From positions 33,108,001-33,172,000 of the forward strand of contig OX597829.1 of assembly GCA_951406725.2 (NCBI GenBank): 64,000 nt of DNA. The letters are read 5' to 3'. The DNA is from Octopus vulgaris (taxonomy: Eukaryota). Positions 40,506-52,866 of this stretch are shown piece after piece; the stretch's first letter is position 1; each line of letters begins with the position of its first letter. The notes under the pieces were generated by a model that made no database searches, was not told where the DNA came from, and saw only the letters and a list, made by a program, of their open reading frames with translations. The position numbers and the translations under genes were made by a program.

Positions 40506-40543
<38 letters not shown>

Positions 40544-40920
40544 GAGAGAGCGAGAGAGAGCGAGAGAGCGAGAGAGAGAGAGGGAGAGAGAGCGAGAGAG
40601 CGAGAGCGAGAGAGAGAGAGAGAGAGAGAGAGAGCGCCTAAAAATAAAAGTGATGAGTGTTTTTGCTTAGTTTTTGCTCAACTAAGGTGCAGAGACACAT
40701 TTCATAGAGTGGGAAAAACAATGTTTATCCAAATCTCCCTTCTGCATTGCAACTTGTTGCCAATGGATCATACCTTCCAGTCACATCCCCACCAAGGAAC
40801 CATGAAGACGTACACTTGAGTTTTGAGTAGGCAGAAATAGCAATGATGATGAACACTTCAATAACAGTGAAGGTGAAGAATCTCAACTATTCAAACAGTA
40901 TGAATTAAATGATTGGGGGG
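39690..40920 (+). mobile_element. DNA transposon transposase remnant (hATm-like; family uncertain)
   Basis: YFGMKDQDKKWAPHKAC...FRIPMI...PKNKSDECFC...YPNLPSAL, a recurring transposase N-terminal pattern; boundaries approximate. Confidence 0.55.
40443..40635. repeat. (TA)n(GA)n/(GAGC) compound microsatellite
   Basis: direct reading. Confidence 0.97.
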
Positions 40921-40967
40921 AGGGGGCTGGAGCTTGCAATGTAGTCAACAGAGCTTTTAGGCTCCAG

Positions 40968-41004
<37 letters not shown>

Positions 41005-41404
41005 AGTAGTTTAATTGAACAGGATAAAAAAATTAGCCTGGATGAGATACAGTTTAGTTTTGTACCATGAAGAAGTACTATTGATGCAATTTTCCTTGTG
41101 ACAAAGCTTGACTAGGTTTAACTTTGCACTTGTAGACTTAACAGAAGGTTCCACATTACGTGACCAGGTGGTCAGTGAGGAAGTTAGGATTAGAGTAAAA
41201 GTAAGCCATGTACTGTCTGCAACCACATTAACTCCTTTGTGTGGGGTGCAGTAGAACGAAAGACCAACAAATCCAAATGTAAAGACAGATACAAAATACC
41301 AAATTTTGTCAAAAACGTTATGAATAAACCCTTTTTATGTTACATATTCTACCAGTATCGGAAGTTTGACAAGTGTTTAGATTTTAAAAATTTAAATAAT
41401 CTGT

Positions 41405-41683
41405 ACGTCAAAGCTGACCTCGGCAAAAGTTAAACTCAAAAAACGTAAAGACAGATGAAATACCTATTTCTTTACTACTCACAAGGGGCTAAACACAGAA
41501 AGGACAAACAGATTAAGTCGATTATATCGACCCCAGTGCATAACTGGTACTTAATTTATCGACCCCGAAAGGATGAAAGGCAAAGTCGAACTCGGCGGAA
41601 TTTGAACTCAGAATGTAACAGCAGATGAAATACCGCTAGGCATTTCGCCCGGCATGCTAACGTTTCTGCCAGCTCGCCACCTT
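41405..41683 (-). mobile_element. young SINE (Meta-like core) plus a partial adjacent copy
   Basis: CpG-rich: GTCGATTATATCGACCCCAGTGC..GACCCCGAAAGGATGAAAGGCAAAGTCG..CTGCCAGCTCGCCACCTT. Confidence 0.88.
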
Positions 41684-42140
41684 AGAAAGTAAACATTCAT
41701 TTTAGAAATATATTCTTTATTCTCATTGCTTAAGTGTTACTCCCTCACTTCCTGACATGAAATTTTGTAACATTTTATCTCATAACTCTTTTTCTACTAA
41801 TTTTTGTTCAATGTGACTAGCGATTCTGAATTCTTCATGCATTTTTCTATCATTTAAGCCTACAAAAGGTATTCTTTTAATTTAAAATTTTAAAATTGAT
41901 GTTAATTGAAGATGAATATCTGCCTTACTGCCCCCGCTGAGGGCACAGATATTTTGATGTAACTCTTTTTTCTACTGAAACAAATCTTAAACTATTTATG
42001 CCAAAGTGTAGCTGAGGAGGTATTCTCTTTAAAACTATTAACAGTTTGAAATTTAGTTGAGAACTGAATTAGTGGTGAAGTGGTGACTTAAGAATATATT
42101 CAACCACTACCATGGTTGAATGATATACATAATTATATTA

Positions 42141-42171
<31 letters not shown>

Positions 42172-42281
42172 TAGGTATACATATAAATATACATAAATAT
42201 ATATATATACAGTTATGTACATAAATATATACTTATCATGTATCAATATGTATTGCGATGATGAGATACATACATATATGT

Positions 42282-42965
42282 ATAAAACTGATTAAGAAAG
42301 AGTCAATAAAAGGGGATACGGTTAAACAAATGTTTCCATACAACATAGTTCTTCATATATACAGGTATTTGATTATGCAACAGTTTACCTGTATAATGAG
42401 ATCCAGTTGTATTACTTTAGGTGATATTCAATTGCTGTCTGTGTTAGTTACAAAACCTTCGACTTTGATGTAACACATCCATCTACCCCATTTGAATCTC
42501 AAGGGAAATTACAAGCCTTCTGCCATCCATCTGCCTCAGTAGAGATTTCCAAGAAACAATTTAACCTTCTTGGTGATATGTACATGATCAAGGCATTGTT
42601 GCACATATCAATCCCCATATCACACACTGTACTTGGTTCTGGGACTGCTGCTCCTTTTAGTTCAAAGTATCACTGCCGCAGCATGTGAGCCCAAACTAGC
42701 TGACAGCAAAGGGCTTGTAATTTCCCTTGAGATTCAAATGGAGTAGATGGATGTGCTACATCAAAGTCAAAGGTTTTGTAACTAACAGGGATAGCAATTG
42801 TATTACACCTTAAAAAATACAACAGCATCCCTTTATACAGGTAAACTGTTGCATAATTTAAATCCAGTATATATGTGGATCTATGTTGTATGGAAACATG
42901 TGTAGTGATTATTAAATAAGTGCCTAACCATACTCCCTCTTGTTGACTATTTTATTCAATTTTAT
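42282..42965. mobile_element. foldback/MITE-like element with ~240 bp inverted arms
   Basis: 42282-~42525 is the reverse complement of ~42703-42965 (e.g. CCATTTGAATCTCAAGGGAAATTACAAGCC / GGCTTGTAATTTCCCTTGAGATTCAAATGG). Confidence 0.88.
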
Positions 42966-43150
42966 TTTCACACACGATGAATGCCTAAACCTAGACTTGG
43001 AAGTATACCATAATACTACCAGCTATTTGGTAATTCTAAGGGTGAACAAGCTCTATTTTGTATTCTACTATGTTCCTAACAGAATACACCTCAAATACAC
43101 ACACACACATAAATGTATATATAAAAACATACATATATGCATACATGTGT

Positions 43151-43189
<39 letters not shown>

Positions 43190-43249
43190 CACTTTTATTC
43201 TTTCGTGCATTTCAGCCCAAATGATGTGGCCATACTGTGGCACCCATTG

Positions 43250-44400
43250 TAATTATCTTTTTAATAGCTATTCTTATGCGATTGGCCTTTGGTGAAAGTG
43301 GGAGTTTAATATTGCTGCCCTCCCTTGAGTTTCTTGCTGTGATGTACTTTCATCTGGGACCTTGGACAGCAGAAGGTCAAATTGCTTCTTGAAAGCATCT
43401 ACCCTTATTCAGTGTAGATCCCTCAGATGTTCTGGCAAGATAGTAAATAGCTGTGAGCCTTTGAACAGTGCAGTGATATCCAGTTCATGAGCTGGCTAGC
43501 TCCCAATACCAAAGTTTGGTGCCAACCCCTCCAAGATCTTCCATTCGTATATCACTGCAAACCTCTCCCATCTTCAATCCAGTGAGTAAAGTTGTAGCAC
43601 TTCCATTCTCTTCCAACAGCTCTACTGCTCTATTGATGCAATCTTCCTAGTGTAGCACCACTGAACTGCCTCAACTTCTGCTATTAATTTGACAATGTGT
43701 CTGCAGGCCATACATTGTTAGTTCTATTAAGTTATGGTACAAGAAAATCACTGGTGTCACTTTAACATTATGGATGAGCATTGTATCATTTATGAAGTAA
43801 AGATCCAGAGCTTTTTACCCCTTGTTGAGTGAAGCATTATTTGCTCTATTCAACATTAGGGAGGTTGAAGTCCCTTAGACATATGTGATGGCTGTCATCT
43901 AGGTTGGTAAATATTTGAGTCCCCAAAATTTGGAGTATCTGGTGGACAATATGTAACACACGTTACCTTTTCATCTGATTAATGTGTACCACCAGAGTGT
44001 CATAGACTGAGTTTGAGTGGCACAGCATTGGCGGGACATTACAAGGCCCAATATTCAGCAGGAATACTGATGTGACACTCAGGGTGAGAGGTGACCACCC
44101 TGGAACTGTTGTTTGCAACAGTCTCGAGTGCTGGTACATGTTTCTCAGATTTAATGTCTCATAAAACCAGGTCTGCTACTTTACAATACTGTGCCATTTC
44201 CCCAAAAAGATCATAGTTCAGCTGCTATTGGGAGCAACGTGTGCACCATCCACATATCTTCATGGTGGAGACATCATATTTTGTAACCTTGGGGACAGGT
44301 CTTCCAGGCCATGACATTAGCAAAACGAATACTGCTCACACTGGATTTGGGATGAGCAAATCTACAGCCTGTCACAATGTCCCCACGCCAACAAGTAACC
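43250..44400 (-). mobile_element. old CR1/L2-like LINE remnant
   Basis: minus-strand AFKKQFDLLLSKVPDE and FTILPEHL resemble the CR1/L2-type ORF2 C-terminus; otherwise decayed. Confidence 0.45.
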
Positions 44401-45194
44401 TTTGCATAAACTTGTAGATTTTTTTTTTTAAAAACCTTTGTCTTCTCAAGTTCTATTTCTTTTTGGTTTTGTTCTACCTTGGGCCTACAGCCATCCTCAG
44501 CTTGCTTGTGCCTGCATCTTCATGTTTGGCTTCTTTGTTTCTCCTGATGAACTTTTGGTTTGTTGCTTTCCTCCTCGGCAGAGGTGTGATGCTTGTTGTG
44601 TTCCTACTGCAGAGCAAACCATATATTTGTTCCAGAGTGGTGATGTTTGTTGTGTTGCTATCACATAGCAAGCCATATATATATTTACACACACACACAC
44701 ACACACAATGGACGTCATAGAAGACAACATATGAGTGCTCAGCTTTTTTTGATAAACCTACACAAATTTGTTTTATAGTGATCAAATGTTCATGCCAGAC
44801 ATTAGCTCTCTCTCCATCAAATCGACATTATCTTAACAAGTGCACTATTATAGCATTTATTTTTCTTGTTTCAATGATTAGATTGTGGCTATGCAGGGGC
44901 TCTGCCTTGAGGAAATTTTTATCAAATGAATCAACTCCAGTACTTATTTTTGAAGCCTATTACTTATCCCATCAGTCTCTTTTGCTGAACCACAAAGTTA
45001 CAAAGGCATAAACACAATATTGGTTGTCAAGGAGCAGTGGAGGACAAACACAGACATAAAGACACACACACACACATGCATGTACACATAATTATACATA
45101 CATGTATACATGCAAACAAATTAAATAGAAAAATACAATTGACAATCTGACAAGAGCACACAGGAATTAGATTCTCTCAGATGCTCAGGAGACT

Positions 45195-45720
45195 CTCTTG
45201 AAGTTGTAGATAGTTTCTGTTAACTAGGTGACCAAATTAGCAATGGTGGCAGATGCTCTGACAGTATTGTTTCTAGAACAAGAATTGGGTAGAGGAAGTT
45301 CAGAGAGTTATTACCTCTGTTGGTAAAAGGCCTCTCTCTGAATGAAGGGTAGACTATGGTAAGTGAGACATGGGCTCTGAATGCTGAAGTCATGTGTAGA
45401 CTGGAGAGAAATGAAGGCAGTAAGCTCCATTGGATGTGCAACATCAGTGCACATGTACAGCAGAGTGCAATGTATTGAGAGAAAAGTTAGGCATAAGAGG
45501 AATCAAATGTAGCATGCAAGAGAGAAGACTAGGTTGGTTTGGACATGTGATGCGTATGAATGAGGACAGCTGCATAAAGAAGTGCCAATCACTGAAAGTG
45601 GATGGTACCTGTGGAAGAGGGAGACATGGAATAAAGTAGTAAGGACTGATCTCAGTAGGTTGGACTCCACAAAAGAAATGACCATGGACCGAGATGTCTG
45701 GGCTCTAGAAGTGCTGTGCA
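45195..45720 (+). mobile_element. RTE LINE 3' fragment
   Basis: LREKLGIRGIKCSMQERRLGWFGHVMRMNEDS...GRGR. Confidence 0.85.
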
Positions 45721-47859
45721 TCCCCCCCACTTAAAAAAACTTCTCACACAATCTCAACAAACCAAAGTACGTCTCTACATTTCTTTTCTTCCTCACATTT
45801 CCACTTCATGTACTATGATTACCTCATACACCCGAATCTTGTCCTCTTAGCCCAGTGCCACTGTATCATTGCTCTCTGCTTGCCCCCGACCTGTTCTACC
45901 CACATGCCTTGTCTCACTCTATTATTGCCATCCTAACCCCCAGCCTAGGTGTTCCACCCACATCAATAAACCAATCTACATCTCTTCTTTCTCACATTTC
46001 CTCCTTCATTCACTATGCCTAGGTCTCACTCCCCCGTTCCTCTGTAGCATTGCTATCTGGTGGCTCCTCCAACTCTATATACACCCAGGTCTTTTGCAAC
46101 TAACTCGCACTCCCTTCGCAATATCCTGCCACTTATATTATGGCATTTGAACCTCAAGGGTATGCCCTGGTACTTGCCACTATCTAAATCTCTCTTTTCT
46201 TTTACTCAAACATCTCATTTATACTCTGATCCCCGTTCCTTGTGAGTATGCCCAGTATTTTACCACCATCTCCATCCTGCAACCTCCTACTCTCTCTTTC
46301 TCCTGCACTTCCCTCAGGTTGGGCAACTGTGTATTTTCTTTGTGGTAGCACACCTGTTTGTCTTCATTCCTGATCTTTTTCTCTCCAGCCAGGTAACCTT
46401 GTACTTCCTCTATAGCAAGACACCTGTATCTGTCAAACCATCACACCTTTTCACTATCACCTCCTGCCCTCTTAAGTGTTTTTGTCTTGCAAGTACTTGG
46501 GCCCTGTCAGTGCTGGTGCCACCTAAAAACACCTGGTCCACACTGTAAAGTGGTAGGTATTTGGAAGGGCATCCAGCTGTAAGAACCTTGCCTGTGCTTG
46601 TGCCACATAAAAAGCACTAAATCCACTCTGCTGAGTGGTTGGTGTTAGGAAGGGCATCTAGCTGTAAAAATCTTACCAAAACAGTCACAGAAGTCGGTGC
46701 AGGCTTTGGCCTGGCTGGCTCTTGCGATACCATCCCACCCATGCTAGTATGGAACACAGGCATTAAATGATGAAGATAAAACATTAAAAAATTATTAAAA
46801 AACCAAAAAAGCCTACAATTTGTTTCAAATTATACATGCTTCCTCCCTGTTTTTCACACATCTCATTCCAACATAAATGGTTCTCCAACACCCAGTTATA
46901 CACTGCTAAGCTAAGATTTTCTCTTTTCAATCATTCATTCACTATTAATACTTTAATATGTTTTTATTTACTAATATCTACTTGCATAAGCTAATTATAT
47001 AAATTGACTCTTCAATATATAACTACCTAATTTCTCTGTCTCAGCCTTCGTTTCTCCTAAATTTTTCATGTAATTCTCTAAATGAAATCTCTCCTTCCCT
47101 CCTGTGTTCTCAAGTTGGCTACATATTTTTTGTATCACCTCTCTAAATTAACCCATGCTTATTTGTGGTGTGCTCGTCCATTCCCACCCACCTCTACCAC
47201 CAATACCAGATATCTCTCTTCTCCCACCACCATTACCGGATATCTCTCTTCTCCCACCAGAAATCCCGTCCCTCACTGGTGGTATCCTCTATTCATACCT
47301 GCAATTTCCTCCTCCTCTCTCTCCCAGAACAAATGCAACTAGTTTACCTGCCCACCTATTTAATCAACTATCTTTCGTTTTGACTCGAAATTTGTCAACA
47401 AATTACTCGGTAATTTCCATGCCCGTATTGAAGTGGAAAGAGAAAGCTAATGGGCTGTATGTGCATGCTTGTTCCTCTCTTCTCTCACTGGAAGCCCCCT
47501 CCCTCACTGGTGGCATCCTCTATCATACCTGCAATTTCCTCTCCCTCTCTCCCCAAGGACAAATGCAACCAGTTTAGCTGCCCACCTACTTAATCTAACA
47601 TTGGCATATTAATATTCATATTCTCCTTTATATTTATTTATTTACTTATAACTGCAACACCAGTAATGCTTAGTTTTACATGTCCATAATACTTATATTT
47701 ACAATGCCGCTAACACCTACTCCTAACCCCTGTAGGGGCAACAATTTTAACACGCTTGAATGTTTGAATGATGACAGGTATAAAGTGAAAACAGGTGTGG
47801 AATGTCTAATCAAACGAACATGAAAACCTTTTCAGGCACTGATTAACATCTCCCCTCCC

Positions 47860-50500
47860 CTTGCCTCCTACCACATTCCTTTCCCAGTTTACAGAGTTGA
47901 CACTGTCAATATAGGCACACTAAAAGGTAAGTCTAGTGAGATTGTAGAGATGCTTGAACGGAGAAATTGATGTGCTGCATATAAGAGGTAAGGTGGAGAG
48001 GAGCTTCAGCCAGGGTCCTCACAGACAAGGCTCATAGGTATAAAATCTTCTAGGAAGGTAACAGTGATGGAGTAGGAGTTGTAGGTATACTACTTGCAGA
48101 GAAATGGGTGAATAAGATCATAGAGGCAGTCAGGGTACGCAATACAGTGCTTAAGCTCAGCAGAATAGTATAGCTACAATTATCTCTGCCTATGCCCCAC
48201 ATGTGGGCATACTAAACGATCAGAAGGACCACTTTTATAATACCCTTCTACAGGCTACCTCAAAAATGAGTGGCAATGACCTCATCTTTGCAGTTGGAGA
48301 TTTTAATGGACATGTGAGACAACAATCCAGTATCTTCCATGATGTTCATGGGGACAATGGAATCAATTCTCGAAATGATGAAGAAACTAGGCTACTGGAG
48401 TTCTGTGATGCATGCAACCTATTAATCTGCAACACTAACTTCAAGAAGCCAGACAGCCACCTGATAACCTATCAAACAGGTAACCCTGCTAGCCAGATTG
48501 ATTTCAAACAGCGGGATGCAAGGTTGCTCTTAAATACAAAGACACTCCCTGGTGAAGAATGTACCCCTCACATAGACTAGTTATTAGTAACTTTAGACTC
48601 GAGGCCAGATAGATGCCAAGAGGCAGACCAATCTAGAAAAGAAGGATTTGGAAGCTAAAGAATCCTTCAGATGGTCAGATTTGGGGACATCCTCATTGAG
48701 AAATCTGATAAGAGGGAGGAGGAGCTACAGACTTCGGACATAGAGAGTAACTGGAAATTCCTACGGTACAGCTTACTAAGCGCCACAGACCAAATCTGCA
48801 GCTGGTGCAAAGTCCTTTCCAGACCTACAGCAATGTAGTGGTGGAATAATATGGTAGACAAGACCATTAGAACAAAGAAACAAGCCTGGAAGAGTGGAGG
48901 TAGAAGGGAACTGTACGAGAAGGGAGGCTGGCGTAGCAGCACCATAGTCAACTGCTACAAAGGGAAAGGTGATGCTTTAGATAGAAATAACTACAGGGAT
49001 ATCAAACTGCTGGATCAGGTGATGAAGATCACAGAGAGGGTCATGGCCCAACTAATTAGGGAGAGAGTCCACTTAGATGAGATGCAGTTTGGTTTTGTGC
49101 CAGGGAGAAATACCACTGATGCTATATTCCTGGTAAGGCAACTGCAAGAGAAAATACCTAGCCAAAGATAAACCTCAAGTATAAAGTCACTAATAACTAG
49201 TCTATACTGAGGGGGAGGTACGTTCTTCACCAGGGAGGGTCTTTGTATCAGAGCAACCTTGCATCCTGCTGAGGATGAAATCAATCTGGCTAGCAGTCAC
49301 CTGTTTGATAGGTTATCAGGTGGCTGTCTGGCTTCCTGAAGTTAGTGTTGCAGGTTAATATGTTGCATGCATCACAGAACTCCAGCAGCCTATTTGGCTT
49401 TTGTTGATTTGGAGAAAGCCTTTGACAGGATCTCCCAGTCACTTATCTGGTGGGCGATGCGGAAACTACAAATTTACAAGTGGTTAATAAGAGCTGTACA
49501 GGGATGCCATTACTAAGGTAAGGGTCGGCAATGAGTATAGTGAAGAATTCCAGGTGGAAGTAGGGGTTCACAAAGTATCAGCCTTCAGCCCCCTCTTATT
49601 CATCATAGTCCTCCAGGCAATAACAGAGGAATTCAAGACAATTTGCCCCTGGGAGATCCTGTATGCTGATCACCTTGCTCTCATAGCAGAATCACTACCA
49701 GAACTAGAAGAAATTTCAGGTGTGGAAACAATGTTTAGAATCAAAGGGCCGTAGATTCAATGTTGCAAAAACCAAAGTCCTAGTAAGTAGGAAGGCGAAC
49801 ACATCACACACCCCTTCAGGTTGACGGTCCTGCTCGAGTGTAAGCTATGGACACATAAGGTGCAGCAACATCAAAGGAAGTTTAACCAGGATGATAGCTT
49901 TTGCGTGCAGCAGATGCACGGAGGCAATAAACACCGCAGATGCTCAGAAAACAGATTCCATCACATGCCAGGGGGAGAAACTAGAAGTAGTATATAGCTT
50001 CTGCTACCTAGGTGACCAAATCGGTAGTGGAGGTGGATGCTCGGAGAGCGTTGACACTAGAAAAAGAATAGCCTGGGCAAAGTTCAGAAAGCTCCTACCT
50101 CTACTGGTGAATAAGAGCCTCTTGCTCAAAGTGAAAGGTAGATTGTATGATGCACATGTGCAAACTGCCATGCTACACAGCAGTGAAACATAGGCCGTGA
50201 CTACTGAAGACATGCGCAGCCTTGAAAGAAATGAAGCTACTATGATCCGCTGAATGTGTAATGTTGGTGTGCATACATGACAGAGTGTAAACGCCCTGAC
50301 AGAAATGTTGGACATAAGAAGCATCAGATGTGGTGTGAAAGAAACCTGTGGAAGAGGGAGACCCCGGAAGACATGGGATGAGGTGGTGAAGCATGACCTT
50401 CGACTTTTGGGCCTCAAGGAGGCAATGATGAAAGACTGAGACCTCTGGAGATATGCTGTGATCAAGAAGACCCAGCAAGTAAATTGAGATCACAGCCGTA
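47860..50500 (+). mobile_element. RTE-clade LINE, rearranged and defective
   Basis: endonuclease (FAVGDFNGH, LLEFC) and RT (QFGFVPGRNTTDAIF, LEKAFD, ILYADHL, FCYLG); internal deletion near 48920 and an inverted insertion at 49173-49392. Confidence 0.92.
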
Positions 50501-50746
50501 GCCTTTACCAGTGTCACATAACCAGCTCATATAAAAAGTACCTTTGACCTACTGAGTCAAGTAAAATCAAAATTAAATTACAAATGGAAATTGTAGTTGT
50601 GGCCGATATCAGTGCCGCTTGACTGGCTCTCATGCAGGTGGTACACAATAAGCACCACTCATGCGTGGGTCACTGCCAGTACCATCTGACTGGCTCCCTG
50701 TGCCAGTGACATGTAAAAAGCATCATCTGAACATGGTCAATGCCAG

Positions 50747-50838
50747 CCAAAACCCTGAAGAGACTTGTATACATGGACATGAATTGTTTATAAATCAAAT
50801 AATGTATATAAGTTGAAACAAATTGTTGGCTTTTTTGG
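50747..50838 (+). ncRNA. type I hammerhead ribozyme-like motif (partly decayed)
   Basis: CTGAAGA (50755-50761); 13-bp helix II GACTTGTATACAT/ATGTATATAAGTT; GAAA; helix III ACA-AAT-TGT; triplet GTT; weak helix I. Confidence 0.65.
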
Positions 50839-51060
50839 TTTAATCAATAATTTTTTGTTGTCTTATTTATAGTACATTATAATATAAATAAATTGTTAGA
50901 TTGTCAATTGTGTTTCTCTAATTTGTTTGCATTTTGTATTTATACCTCTATTCCTGTGGTATTCAACTGATATACCAATGAACTGGATGTTTTACATCCC
51001 ACTGATGGAATTTTTTTCCTTCGTTTGTTACATTATATGTATACATACATGCATATATAT

Positions 51061-51522
51061 TCCCTTCCTTCCTGAGCGTCCAATAATACTATATTTGTTC
51101 CACGTCCTCGCGTTGTGTTTTCATGTTTGGATTAACTTTATATACCGCACACTCGCACGGACCCCGGCCTTCCGACTACCTTGGATAACCAATTCCTGGA
51201 TTTTTACACCTACGGATTACTGTTACCATTCATCCGGAGTACGCCACTGTAATCATGATTGGAAATCAAAATGAATTTGTCTGTGACTCTTCCACTTTTT
51301 CCTCGTCCTCTTTCTTCTACTTGTGTCGCCACCACTTACACCAACACAGACATTCACTACTTCTCAACATGCCTGACTTCTTCCCTTCTATGTTTCTGAT
51401 GAAGAGCTCCACTCGAAACGTAAAACCCTCCTTCATCCCTTCCTTCCTGAGTGTCCAATAATACTATATTTGTTCCACGTCCTCGCGTTGTGTTTTCTCT
51501 TTGTGTTTTCATGTTTGGATTA

Positions 51523-51530
<8 letters not shown>
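51061..51530 (+). mobile_element. Penelope-like terminal-repeat fragment
   Basis: ~80 bp direct repeat (TCCCTTCCTTCCTGAG.GTCCAATAATAC...GGATTAACTTTATA) at 51061-51142 and 51436-51530, flanked by TA runs, with a minimal hammerhead just before the second copy. Confidence 0.65.
51392..51426 (+). ncRNA. minimal type I hammerhead ribozyme motif
   Basis: GTTT-CTGATGA-A-GAG-CTCCA-CTC-GAAAC-GTA-AAAC: intact core, 3-bp helix II, palindromic ACGT helix III, 4-bp helix I. Confidence 0.72.
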
Positions 51531-51553
<23 letters not shown>

Positions 51554-51571
51554 TACATAGGTACACACACA

Positions 51572-52095
51572 CGAAGTCTGCTTAAAAAGTATCAGGACTG
51601 GTGCCATAAAAAGAGAACTACAACATATCAATTCAGCCCGCAATCTCCTTCAAAGTAGCACCCTTCTGAAACCACACATATAGTTTCTATTGTTGGAAGC
51701 ATTCCTCTGGAACTCTTTGCTTGGTATAGCAAGTAGATGCTATGGCACATTCCCTTGGATTTCCTCAACATATTGAAATGTTTCTGGGGTCTTCCATTGC
51801 AAAGACTGAGTCTTGATTTCAGGGTCATTACCATACACCCATCATTCATCACTTGTTATCACCATTTTCAAAAAGATTGTGTCTTCGTCAACACAACTGA
51901 GGAGATCCTACGCATCTGAAACATGATCTTTTTCAGACCACCACACTCTACACACTTTACTTCCAACCTGTCCTATAAACAATGGAAGTGTGTGAGAATG
52001 TTATAACAGTGTGCACATGCAAGAAAGTTCAAGGTCAGTCAGCACCAAGCAACTCTTCGCCTTTACCATAACAGACCCGATACTTTTTGACCATA
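51572..52095 (-). mobile_element. deleted mariner-like element
   Basis: minus-strand ITSDE*WVYGND and C-terminal EGCYFEGD; partial inverted termini sharing AAAAAGTATC. Confidence 0.7.
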
Positions 52096-52229
52096 CATAT
52101 CTATAGATAGATATACATACATAAATATATTTTTACATATAACATGGAAGACGGATGTTAAACGATGATGATATATATATATTTACATATATATACACAC
52201 ACACACACACACACATACATAAATATAAA

Positions 52230-52534
52230 TTGGCTGCAGGTGAAGCTACCTGATGCAATGGAGAAGTGACACCTCTCATGTGCTCTTTTGTATTCTCACT
52301 GTTGTTTCTCCCCAACAGTATGACTTACAAGATTCAGTAACCAGTGCCATTCTTCATGACGCCCTTACAGATCATGTCCATGGCCTGATGCTACATTGAC
52401 TGTTGAAATCGGCTCTGATGTTTTTCAGCCAGTTGAGAATGATTTTTGCTAGCACCTTGCCAGCAATGGCCAACAGAGAAATGCCCTGATGGTTCCCACA
52501 TTCTGCTCAATCACACTTGAGCAGAATGTGGGAA
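52230..52534 (-). mobile_element. RTE (BovB-like) RT fragment ending in a foldback
   Basis: CGNHQGISLLAIAGKVLAKIILN RT motif; perfect 18-bp inverted repeat at 52493-52534. Confidence 0.75.
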
Positions 52535-52866
52535 ATATAAGTAGCCTACAAAACCAAAAACGTTTATAGTCAACTTCCTTCTATTGCTTACCAATTCTCT
52601 GAATCTTTTCAGTCATCCACATATTACTGATGTCTTCAGTTTTCCAAAGGTAACAAAACATCAAGTCAACCCCAAAAATCAATACATTTCATGCTTGCTC
52701 ACTTGAAATTTATAAAGTGATAAAAACTATTTTTTGAATATCAAATATGAAACCGAATAGACTGATCCCACTATAAGACAACTATTAATCATCATATAAT
52801 CTGCTTTAACTAGTTAACTTCTGCATTGCACATCAAATGAAAATTGTTTAAAGTAAAAATACTTAC

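Noticed and set aside
40380-40670. ERERER-rich ORF
   Set aside because: Translation of a (GA)n repeat inside a transposon remnant
47155-47600. Pro-rich 140-aa ORF with internal repeats
   Set aside because: Arises from 30-bp and ~100-bp local duplications in pyrimidine-rich DNA upstream of an RTE; no coding evidence
51897-51930. CTGAGGA...GAAAC inside the mariner remnant
   Set aside because: No helix III or helix I pairing
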